Positions 52,772-61,576 of a stretch of DNA of 64,000 nt are shown here, piece after piece; the stretch's first letter is position 1, and every line of letters begins with the position of its first letter. Below the pieces are notes generated by a model, which saw nothing but the letters and a program-made list of their open reading frames with translations, was not told where the DNA came from and did not search any database. Origin of the DNA: a virus (lineage: Duplodnaviria > Caudoviricetes); the IMG/VR virus record IMGVR_UViG_3300021387_000994, positions 1 to 64,000 of that record, one strand, 5' to 3'. The position numbers were made by a program, and so were the translations under genes.

Positions 52772-53131
52772 TTATTGTATTTGTTCCTTCCAAACCTTCC
52801 CACACTTCCGGCAAGTGTAAACTCGATAAGTGTTGTGGACTTTATGTTTTCCGAACTCTGTCTTGTTTCCGTTCTCATCAAGATATTCTTCATCATACGA
52901 AATTGATGAGTTCTTGTAACAGTTGTGGTATATCTTATCAGGTAGTGAAAACTCACCATTTATTATCATAAGTATCACAAGTACCCACGACATAAAGACC
53001 GACAAATATATACCGAGTATCAAAAAGAACTTCGGATGGTCATAGTGTTTATACTCACGAATTTTTTCGTTACCGAGCAAAGCGATAATAATACCGATTG
53101 TCCAAAAGATTATAAGTGCAAGTATGTTCAT
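52772..53131 (-). CDS. small membrane protein with C-terminal CxxC
   Basis: Two hydrophobic segments; YTCRKCGK. Confidence 0.6.
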   Translation of the reverse strand: MNILALIIFWTIGIIIALLGNEKIREYKHYDHPKFFLILGIYLSVFMSWVLVILMIINGEFSLPDKIYHNCYKNSSISYDEEYLDENGNKTEFGKHKVHNTYRVYTCRKCGKVWKEQIQ

Positions 53132-53451
53132 ACGAGTTCATCAATTCTTTTCTGTTCTTTAAAATAATTTTCAACAAGTGAAGCAACAAACGACTCACTG
53201 TCCTTGAATGGTACACCAGAGAATAACATTGATGAATTGATTTTGGTGTTCATCGGAATGATTTTACCATCTCTTTTGTCTTTCAGTTCGGATGTAAAAA
53301 CAAGTGTTCCGTCTTTTTCTTCAGATACCTTGAACGAAAAATCTTCAGTCATACATCTATAATGGAGTTCAGATTCATCTTCTTTCTCCAACACAAACTG
53401 AAGATGTTTGTAATCCTTGATTTGTTCTTTGAGTTTTAACAGATTTTTCAT
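53128..53451 (-). CDS. hypothetical protein
   Basis: Likely start 53451 (MKNLLK), downstream of a TTTGTTATATTTA motif at ~53475-53487. Confidence 0.6.
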   Translation of the reverse strand: MKNLLKLKEQIKDYKHLQFVLEKEDESELHYRCMTEDFSFKVSEEKDGTLVFTSELKDKRDGKIIPMNTKINSSMLFSGVPFKDSESFVASLVENYFKEQKRIDELV

Positions 53452-53480
53452 ATTTACAAATTTTTTATATACTGTAAATA

Positions 53481-54485
53481 TAACAAATTCCATTTCAGAA
53501 TATAGAGTTAAACATTTTATCTCCGAGTAGAATAACCGATTCCATTTAAGAATATAGTATTAAAATACCAAAAGGTCTAATTTTATAAAAATCCAAATTA
53601 CGATTCCATTTCGGAATATAGGGTTAAATGTTGCAGACGGCGAAGTGATTGTAGCTTTCGTATTATGATTCCATTTCAGAACATAGGGTTAAACACCGCT
53701 TCGGTGGTTTTGGTTGAACTGTGTCCATTATGATTCCATAACAGAACATAGGATTAAATAATCATTCGTCCCACGTCGGACCATTGACGTAATTACGATT
53801 CCATTTCAGGTAATAAGGTTAAATAATACTTTCCGTTTTGTGGTATAATTATGGAACATTATGATTCCATTTCAGAATATAAGTTTAAACACTTGAAGAA
53901 TACGTCAAGAAAGCCGAGAAGAAATTATGATTCCATTTCAGAACATAGGGTTAAACACTATACTGTCTAAACATTGGCAATACCGTATAATTGTGATTCC
54001 ATTTCAGAACATAGGGTTAAACACTTGACTTACCATTCTTTCTTGCAACAAGTATATTGTGATTCCATTTCAGAACATAGGGTTAAACACTTCGTACCAG
54101 ATGGTTCAGATATATGTGTGCATTGTGATTCCATTTCAGAACATAGGGTTAAACACTACGATTACCTACATAGCTAACAAGACCTCCATTGTGATTCCAT
54201 TTCAGAACATAGGGTTAAACACTATACAATGTACTGAGAATACAACAGATATAATTGTGATTCCATTTCAGAACATAGGGTTAAACACTCAGAATCTGAA
54301 TCATTACGTGCAGATTTAATTGTGATTCCATTTCAGAACATAGGGTTAAACACTTGATTTGGTAACACAAAGACTTTTCCTGTATTGTGATTCCATTTCA
54401 GAACATAGGGTTAAACACTTCACAAATTTAAATCTCGTTGTCACACTTCATTGTGATTCCATTTCAGAACATAGGGTTAAACACT
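53481..54485. CRISPR. CRISPR array, 16 repeats (36 nt) / 15 spacers (mostly 29-30 nt)
   Basis: Repeat ATTGTGATTCCATTTCAGAACATAGGGTTAAACACT is perfect at 53990, 54056, 54122, 54188, 54254, 54319, 54384, 54450; degenerate copies at 53924, 53858, 53792, 53727, 53662, 53597, 53533, 53481; spacers unique. Confidence 0.97.
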
Positions 54486-54524
54486 ACGATTTATATATAA
54501 GTAAATATATCAATACTTTAACAA

Positions 54525-55694
54525 CTATTCATCAAAAATTTTTTCATATGTGTCTTTGTAGTCAGTATCATAAAGAATTGTATCAATTTCAACACTACAT
54601 ATACCACCCTCAAGACACCTACACACACCAGAATTTTCTTTTATTGCTTTAATCACTTTATCGTCGTCTGTTTCTATTATAATTGTTGCATCAAATACAA
54701 GTTTGTGTGTGTCAACACCTCTCTTATTTAATAGATAACATTTTCCACCAAGACCCTTATCACTATTCTGCATTTGTGGGTATATTTTTTTGTTTTTTCT
54801 AATAAAAAACAAACCATCACCATTACTTCGATTTGGAAAATCAACATTGAATATGGCACACATCCAAGGTCTGTAAAAGTTTCCAGAAACAGTTGTCAAC
54901 TCATTTTTCCAACCATCCTCGATACTTTTTACAAAATCTATTGTTCTCTCAATCAAGTCGTTATCATTTTTTAATTTCTCATATATTTCCTTACACATTT
55001 CTGAAAAAGTAAGATATTTTCTAACATCATCATACCCCAAAATTTCATTTATATATGAAAAAAGTCTTCTATATGTTTCAGTTTCTTTGTTCTCAAATGT
55101 ACGTAACAATTGGTCATAACTATAATAACCAAGCATCGTCTTCATCTTATTACCATTTTCATCTGGTTCTTCAAGTTCAAAAAAACTTTGTTTATATGAA
55201 ACATTACTGTTTATAGAAAGTTTTTCACTTTTAATAAGTTCCATATCGAGAAAAATCTCATTACCACTTTTAAATTCTGGTTTGTATATATGATAATACT
55301 CACCATCTGAACCAATGACTGTTTTGATGTAATTTGATGAATCAATAGGAGTGTTAAATTTTATATATGCTTTCTTTGCAAGATTTACACATATTTCTGG
55401 ATATGTTAAAATATCTTCATACAAATATCTATTACGTCTCTTTGGTTTTGTTGGTGTTGGGACACCGTTCATAAGACTTGTCATCAAGTTACAAACATCA
55501 GTCCAAGCAAGCGGTTTTCGAAAATTATGACCTCTTTTAATCCAACTCAACGTCACTTTTTCGTTTGGAAATTCTTTCTGCAAATCAGCAAGTATTTCTT
55601 TAATTACTGGATTTCTTCCATCGGTTTTTGGGTTCAACGACTCTTTCAATAGACCAGCGTTTTCAATATTCAAATATAGATAATACATAATCAC
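54525..55694 (-). CDS. cas5: Cas5fv-like (type I-F2-like) Cascade subunit
   Basis: Position after cas7; N-terminal beta strand and C-terminal ATIIIETDDDKVIKAIKENSGV...LEGG resemble the recalled Cas5fv C-terminus; large central helical insert; GTG start 55694 or ATG 55688. Confidence 0.6.
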   Translation of the reverse strand: MIMYYLYLNIENAGLLKESLNPKTDGRNPVIKEILADLQKEFPNEKVTLSWIKRGHNFRKPLAWTDVCNLMTSLMNGVPTPTKPKRRNRYLYEDILTYPEICVNLAKKAYIKFNTPIDSSNYIKTVIGSDGEYYHIYKPEFKSGNEIFLDMELIKSEKLSINSNVSYKQSFFELEEPDENGNKMKTMLGYYSYDQLLRTFENKETETYRRLFSYINEILGYDDVRKYLTFSEMCKEIYEKLKNDNDLIERTIDFVKSIEDGWKNELTTVSGNFYRPWMCAIFNVDFPNRSNGDGLFFIRKNKKIYPQMQNSDKGLGGKCYLLNKRGVDTHKLVFDATIIIETDDDKVIKAIKENSGVCRCLEGGICSVEIDTILYDTDYKDTYEKIFDE

Positions 55695-55703
55695 ACAAAT
55701 TTA

Positions 55704-55735
55704 GTCCTGTGATGATGGATTAAACATCACAGGAC
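55704..55735. promoter_or_regulatory. GC-rich hairpin between cas7 and cas5
   Basis: GTCCTGTGATG-N10-CATCACAGGAC, with no U-tract on the coding strand. Confidence 0.6.
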
Positions 55736-55745
55736 AAATTATTAT

Positions 55746-56837
55746 TTATTCATTATCATTTTTATTTTGAGAGTTTTTCCACTTCTCTCTCTCTTGTTGT
55801 TTCTTGTCCTTTTTTTCTTTTGACTTTTTATCCTTCTCTTCAATATGTTTCTTTCTATTTTTCCAACCTTCAAAAGAATCCTCAACATAAAATTGCTCAA
55901 TTTCAAAAGTCAAGTCATTTACATTATCTTTCGTAACAACAATTTCTTTACCTTTCGTACCACCCTCATATATCAATTCGATTTTAAGTTCATATGCTTC
56001 CACCTCTCCACGACGACGGTGAATATTTAATTCAAGAAGTCCATTTAAAGCTTTGTTTATAAGTGTGTTCACATACTCATCATCAAAAAGAAGACCATAT
56101 TCTGCACCATAACCTTCACCAAAAACATCTTGTGCATCTTTTGGTTTGAAAAACCCTACTTTATATGGTACTCTGCCATAACGCTTGAGAAATGCCTTTT
56201 CGAGAGAACTCCCACAAGGGATTCCACCATCTTCAATGTTTTTTTCATCAGAACCTTCAAAATACTCTTTATCTGCACCAAGTCTACCGGAATATAAATC
56301 AAGTGACAAAAATTGGGCTTCCTTAACACTAAAAAAACCATTCACATAATATTCCGTTTCTCCAAGTTGTTCTTCTGTAAATAAAGAATTACAGTCACGA
56401 TAACCAGATTTTGTGTCTTGGTCTACAATTATTTCAGATTTTGTTTCGATTGCATCATATGGTGTCAAACAAGATGCTTTTCCAAAACCATTTCCACTAG
56501 GTGCAGAACCATCAGCACACATATACCCCCTCATAAATCCCATAGGACTTGAGATAAAATTACAAGCATTTGTTATAAAACCCCAAGTAGAAGAATCACA
56601 TTTATTCGTACCTTTAAACAATGCATAACGAATACAACCAGATGAAATTTTGGCATGCTCATCATATGATACATTACCATACTCATCCATAACTTTCTGT
56701 TTTATTTTTTTAAGGCGGTTTATTGGTTTTGTACCTTTTAATTCACTGTCGTATACATTTTCGACACCATTATAATTCACACCACCTTGACCTTTTAATT
56801 TAAGATGAAACTTAAATCCTTTTAACTTATTATTCAT
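55746..56837 (-). CDS. cas7: Cas7fv-like (type I-F2) backbone subunit
   Basis: KGQGGVNYNG, ISSGCIRYALF, SPMGFMRGYM, GYRDCNSLF..LGETEY, QFLSLD, GLLFDDEYV, LNIHRRRG are co-linear with motifs I recall from Shewanella Cas7fv. Confidence 0.8.
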   Translation of the reverse strand: MNNKLKGFKFHLKLKGQGGVNYNGVENVYDSELKGTKPINRLKKIKQKVMDEYGNVSYDEHAKISSGCIRYALFKGTNKCDSSTWGFITNACNFISSPMGFMRGYMCADGSAPSGNGFGKASCLTPYDAIETKSEIIVDQDTKSGYRDCNSLFTEEQLGETEYYVNGFFSVKEAQFLSLDLYSGRLGADKEYFEGSDEKNIEDGGIPCGSSLEKAFLKRYGRVPYKVGFFKPKDAQDVFGEGYGAEYGLLFDDEYVNTLINKALNGLLELNIHRRRGEVEAYELKIELIYEGGTKGKEIVVTKDNVNDLTFEIEQFYVEDSFEGWKNRKKHIEEKDKKSKEKKDKKQQEREKWKNSQNKNDNE

Positions 56838-56856
56838 ATTTTACTAAAATTAAAAA

Positions 56857-57552
56857 TTATTCATAATCACATTTAAGACCAGCGAATCCAAAACCATATC
56901 CAGTGGATTGACCAAACCCCATTGATGTCAATTTTTCCCTAACATCACGCTTACCCTTTAGAATGATTTGAATACAAGATGTCTTTATACAATTTTCTTG
57001 TTTTGTTCCAGCCTTAACTTTACACCATTTAACTTTCCAATTTTCTTTATGAAATGGTTCTATTTTTATAGTCGCTGCATCACTCTCTGAGACACCACTT
57101 TTAATAAGTTTCTTAACCGTGTGTGAGCGAAGTATATCAATAAAATGCTCTTCATCTTCAAAAGTGATGTTTTTATCATCAATTTTTAGGCGAAGACAAT
57201 TTATTCTTACAATATCAAATCTTGGCATTGAAGTTTGCTTATACGTATCAAAATCCTCAAATATCATAGTTTGAACCATACCATTATCCCAAATATCCAT
57301 AATATTATTAGATAACGTTTTGATAAAATCATTATCATCAGAACTAACTATTATATGACCACCATTGGGATATTGAATCAACCCATTCTTATCTAAAACA
57401 CCACCCCTCATTTGTGAAATAGAATAATTTGAAGTACCATTGTGCCACTTATTATTATTTCCAAGGCATGTGTGAATATATCCAACAACATAATCTATCG
57501 TTGGTTTTGTAAATGGTTCACTGTTTGGTTTAAATTTTATTTTAAGTCTCAT
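56857..57552 (-). CDS. cas6: CRISPR-associated endoribonuclease Cas6
   Basis: MRLKIKF N-terminus, YSISQM, C-terminal G-rich loop GFGQSTGYGFG. Confidence 0.9.
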   Translation of the reverse strand: MRLKIKFKPNSEPFTKPTIDYVVGYIHTCLGNNNKWHNGTSNYSISQMRGGVLDKNGLIQYPNGGHIIVSSDDNDFIKTLSNNIMDIWDNGMVQTMIFEDFDTYKQTSMPRFDIVRINCLRLKIDDKNITFEDEEHFIDILRSHTVKKLIKSGVSESDAATIKIEPFHKENWKVKWCKVKAGTKQENCIKTSCIQIILKGKRDVREKLTSMGFGQSTGYGFGFAGLKCDYE

Positions 57553-57572
57553 ATAATAAACTTCATTTTTTA

Positions 57573-57603
57573 CAAAGATACTATTTTTTTTTCAAATATC
57601 AAA
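57573..57603 (-). promoter_or_regulatory. Bacteroidota housekeeping-type promoter for cas6-cas7-cas5
   Basis: TTTG-N19-TATCTTTG on the minus strand. Confidence 0.75.
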
Positions 57604-57610
57604 ATAAAAA

Positions 57611-60025
57611 TTAAGAAACTGGATAAAGACCAAGTTCATCATTATAATTGTGATTAAACAAAAGAGTTGGTCTGTCTGAACGATATGAAAGTTCTGATGA
57701 ACTTTTAATATCACACACACCAGTTATACCATAAACTCTTTTTAAAGTTCTTTTATCTGGAAAATCAAATGGAGTTTTGTCTAACATAAACATATATCTC
57801 TTTCTTGCTTCATCTGATGGGTCTTTTGATATATCATTTTCTCTCTTCAAAATGAAATCAGAACAAGCAATTGGTTCAAGAAAACCATCTAGTGTTTTAA
57901 CTGTTATGAAAACATTACCATTAGTACCACGATAAGTACAACCCCTTGAAACCATCTTGACACCATCATATTTTTTATTATTTGAACTACCAACAAGAGT
58001 TATATTCATAAGACCATCCATACCGTTGTTATAAAGGTTTGTATAATATCTAACGAATATACTCTCATTATCTTTATAAAAATTATGATATAACTCATAA
58101 AATTTATTTTTAGTGATTGTTTTTCCTTCAAGTGATTTCAAAATACCAATCCAATTTTTGTAAAGTTTAACAATATCAGAATCATTTGTTTTTATTGAAG
58201 GATATGTCCAAGGTTCGTATCTATACATAATATATCTCAAACCTTCTTCACTTAAATCATAAAAAACATTATAATCCACCTCACCATATTCATTAAATCT
58301 ACTGAGACGACCACAAGCGTGTTGAATTGTATCATCCGGTAAAATACAAAAGTCATTCATAGATTTTGCCGAAATATCCCAACCAGTACCTATCAAACTT
58401 GTAGACACAACGGCTTTCTTATCTTTTGTTGATTCTTTACCATACATATCAAATACTTCACTACTAATATCTTTACGACGATTTTCACGAAATATAGAAT
58501 GTACTAAAATTTTTGGATTTTCTGCTTTCAAATATATATCTCGTGCATCATCGACAGTTTTACATATAGTAAAACTATTTTGTTTAACAAGTTCAATAGG
58601 AATATTACCATCAGAACAATCGTATGTTTTAATGTTTATTTTAACATCACCTGAGTGTATTGGTATATCATTGAAAAAATTTATTTTATCGGAATCACCA
58701 AACCAAAGATTCTTAAAATCTGGTGCAGTGGCACTCATAAGAAGACATTTTCCCTTTGTGTAATGCATAATATTTAACATAGAATTTATAAATGCTGGAA
58801 ACATAGGGTGTCCACATCTAAAATCTTGATATTCATCAAATATAACATTTCCAAAATAATTATAAACAAGAAATTTCGAAAAGTTATTCTTTGAATTTCT
58901 ATTAAGATAATTATCTATATTTGTAATAATAATATCACAATTTTCAAGTCTGCAATCTTTATGATTTGAGTCCTTTATCTCCCCTGTTGTGAAAGAACAA
59001 ACTTTTATAATATCATTGAGACCCATTTTCTCAAGTTCACGAATAACACTTTTATATGTAGATTCTGTTAAAGAATTTGTCGGAAGAACCCATAAACCCT
59101 TTTCTTTATTTTCAATTAGCCATAAAATTGCCATAAGTGTTTTTCCAAAACCAGCCGATGCTGTTAAAACATTTACACGAACCTTATTATCAACAATCTT
59201 TTTAATTATTTCTAATTGGGTATCAAGTCTTTTTGTGTCATATCTTGACAAATCAGTATCTCTTTTGCAAAAATTAGATTTTTTTGAATCTAAAAATGAA
59301 GAGTAAACACAACTTGATGCTGTACGGTCAGACCAATTTAAGATTGCATGATTTATTGATTGATATGAACTTAATTCAACCTCTTCTCTTGTTTCCTTTA
59401 TTTTTATATCTGGTCTAAATTTAACACAACTAAAAAGACACTCATCACAAACCTTTCTATCATAAAAAAATTTTTTATCAAGAATCATTCTATAATTATC
59501 ATTATGAGATAAATCTGTACCATATTTTAAATCAACATATTCAATCATATACATATAAAAATTCTTCATATCTTCAAATGTGTCTGGTTCATCCTCAAAA
59601 ATACTCTTCATAATATCCTTTGAGGATTTATTTTTATCAGAACGAACAATATGATGAAACAATATGGGTGAAGTAATGTCACTCATAGAGTATACACGAT
59701 TCAAACAAGATACGGTAAATGCCCAAGAAATTGTGTTATGATATTCCTTTGTGTTATCACAACCATCATATTTTATAGACTCAAGACTATCTTCGTCAAG
59801 TTCACTTTTTTCTTCAATAAATTTTTGAAAACTTTTTGTAAACTTTCCGATGTCGTGCAATATAATTGTTAAGGCGATATGTTCTTTAAACTCCTTTGTA
59901 CACTTTGATTCTTCCATCAAATCTATAAAAGACATACCCAATTCAATAACATCTTTCGTATGTTCCACAATGGTTTTTCCACCATACTTTTTACTTTTTG
60001 CAAATTTATTCTCAAACATATACAT
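57611..60025 (-). CDS. cas3: Cas3 HD nuclease-helicase (no Cas2 fusion)
   Basis: EHT..V, LHDIGK, YHN, FHH, SDRTASS HD motifs; ASAGFGKT, DEYQ, MSAT, GWDIS, QHACGRLSR helicase motifs. Confidence 0.92.
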   Translation of the reverse strand: MYMFENKFAKSKKYGGKTIVEHTKDVIELGMSFIDLMEESKCTKEFKEHIALTIILHDIGKFTKSFQKFIEEKSELDEDSLESIKYDGCDNTKEYHNTISWAFTVSCLNRVYSMSDITSPILFHHIVRSDKNKSSKDIMKSIFEDEPDTFEDMKNFYMYMIEYVDLKYGTDLSHNDNYRMILDKKFFYDRKVCDECLFSCVKFRPDIKIKETREEVELSSYQSINHAILNWSDRTASSCVYSSFLDSKKSNFCKRDTDLSRYDTKRLDTQLEIIKKIVDNKVRVNVLTASAGFGKTLMAILWLIENKEKGLWVLPTNSLTESTYKSVIRELEKMGLNDIIKVCSFTTGEIKDSNHKDCRLENCDIIITNIDNYLNRNSKNNFSKFLVYNYFGNVIFDEYQDFRCGHPMFPAFINSMLNIMHYTKGKCLLMSATAPDFKNLWFGDSDKINFFNDIPIHSGDVKINIKTYDCSDGNIPIELVKQNSFTICKTVDDARDIYLKAENPKILVHSIFRENRRKDISSEVFDMYGKESTKDKKAVVSTSLIGTGWDISAKSMNDFCILPDDTIQHACGRLSRFNEYGEVDYNVFYDLSEEGLRYIMYRYEPWTYPSIKTNDSDIVKLYKNWIGILKSLEGKTITKNKFYELYHNFYKDNESIFVRYYTNLYNNGMDGLMNITLVGSSNNKKYDGVKMVSRGCTYRGTNGNVFITVKTLDGFLEPIACSDFILKRENDISKDPSDEARKRYMFMLDKTPFDFPDKRTLKRVYGITGVCDIKSSSELSYRSDRPTLLFNHNYNDELGLYPVS

Positions 60026-60036
60026 ATATTTTTTTG

Positions 60037-60067
60037 CAAAGATACTATTTTTTCACCAATAAACAAA
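60037..60067 (-). promoter_or_regulatory. Bacteroidota housekeeping-type promoter for cas3
   Basis: TTTG-N19-TATCTTTGCA on the minus strand, just downstream of the terminator at 60070-60101. Confidence 0.78.
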
Positions 60068-60102
60068 AAAAAAATGAACGGAAATTTTTCCGTTCATTTT
60101 TA

Positions 60103-60369
60103 TTAGAAATTATATGTCCTACAATCCTCCGGTGGATATTTTGCTTCCGGAAGTCCCAATACAGACCTTACATTTTTTGATGCTTTCACAGTCTCATCGT
60201 AATTGTCATAAACCTCCCATTGATTTCCACCACGTACAACTTCCATTCTTTCGACCGTCATATCGTATCCACAGTCGGCGAGATTCTCCACAAGGAAATC
60301 GAGGTCTCTCAAATACCACCAGTTCCCATATTTCTTTACAAATCTTTCTTTATTATTTTTCGGTATCAT
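60103..60369 (-). CDS. hypothetical protein
   Basis: 88-aa ORF ending at a hairpin terminator. Confidence 0.55.
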   Translation of the reverse strand: MIPKNNKERFVKKYGNWWYLRDLDFLVENLADCGYDMTVERMEVVRGGNQWEVYDNYDETVKASKNVRSVLGLPEAKYPPEDCRTYNF

Positions 60370-60400
60370 AACATAAATAAGTTATATAAATAAAAAAACT

Positions 60401-60748
60401 ATGATTAAAAAATTTGAAGAATTTGTAAATGAATCTCTCAACCAATTAGATTTTGAACCAATTTTGTGGGGTGTTGAAATCTTTGATGATGAGATGGAGG
60501 ATGACAAAGGTATTTCCGTAACTCTTGAAAGAGGTGCTGGTGGTGGTAGAGAACTTATTGAATCACATTGGAAAGTATATGCAATTGAGGATTTGGATGA
60601 CAGATGGAACGTAAAAGCCATCTGCATCGATTCCGAAGATAGAAGATACCAACCTGATGATGAGATTGATTTTGAAATCAATAAAGACGATGATGTTTGG
60701 GACCTTGAATCTTTATTGCAAGATGCTCTTGATGAAGAAGGATTCTAG
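60401..60748 (+). CDS. acidic putative internal head protein
   Basis: MIKKFEEFVNE; CATAAATA at 60372 and TATAAATA at 60385. Confidence 0.6.
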   Translation: MIKKFEEFVNESLNQLDFEPILWGVEIFDDEMEDDKGISVTLERGAGGGRELIESHWKVYAIEDLDDRWNVKAICIDSEDRRYQPDDEIDFEINKDDDVWDLESLLQDALDEEGF

Positions 60749-60793
60749 TATAAAAAGACAACTATGTGTTGTCTTTTTTGTTATATTTAATAT

Positions 60794-61561
60794 ATGTTAG
60801 AAATTAATAAAATATATAACCAAGATTGTCTTGAAGGTATGAAAGAGATAGATGACAAGTCAATCGACTGCATCATCTGTGATTTACCTTATGAGGTTCT
60901 CAATAAATCGAATGAAAACGCCAAATGGGACGTTGTGATACCTTTTGACAAACTATGGGAACAATACAACAGAATAATCAAGGACAACGGTGCTATATTA
61001 CTTTTTGGACAAGGTATGTTCACTGCACAGTTGATGATGAGTAATTCTTCAATGTGGAGGTATAATCTTATATGGAAAAAAGGAAACCGTTCCACAGGTT
61101 TCTTGAATGCAAAAAGGATGCCTCTTCGTAACCACGAAGACATTGTTGTATTCTACAAGAAACTTCCAACATATAATCCACAGAAGGTCATTGGTGCAAA
61201 GAACCACTCTCGTGGTAATGTAAAAAAACAGAAAAACCAATGCTATGGTAAATTTGATGCTTCAGTCACCCAAGATGATTTTTCTGGAATGAAATATCCG
61301 ACGAGTATAATAGATGTTGAGAAAGAACATTGTAAGACATTCCACCCGACACAGAAACCGGTTGAACTTATATCATACTTGATAAAGACTTATACAAATG
61401 AAGGAGACTTAGTTCTAGACAATTGCATTGGAAGTGGAACGACTGCAATCTCTTGTATAAAAGAAAATAGAAATTTTATCGGATTTGAAACAAACGAAGA
61501 ATATTTCGAGAAAGCAAGTAAAAGAATAAATGATGAAAAATCAATAATAAAATTGTTTTAA
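60794..61561 (+). CDS. N4-C/N6-A DNA methyltransferase (beta class), paralog of 49206..49952
   Basis: ICDLPY, HPTQKP, VLDNCIGSGTT. Confidence 0.9.
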   Translation: MLEINKIYNQDCLEGMKEIDDKSIDCIICDLPYEVLNKSNENAKWDVVIPFDKLWEQYNRIIKDNGAILLFGQGMFTAQLMMSNSSMWRYNLIWKKGNRSTGFLNAKRMPLRNHEDIVVFYKKLPTYNPQKVIGAKNHSRGNVKKQKNQCYGKFDASVTQDDFSGMKYPTSIIDVEKEHCKTFHPTQKPVELISYLIKTYTNEGDLVLDNCIGSGTTAISCIKENRNFIGFETNEEYFEKASKRINDEKSIIKLF

Positions 61562-61576
61562 CAAAAAAGGTTGGAG

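Noticed and set aside
53974-54652. Short + strand ORFs over the array
   Set aside because: Translation artefacts of the CRISPR repeats
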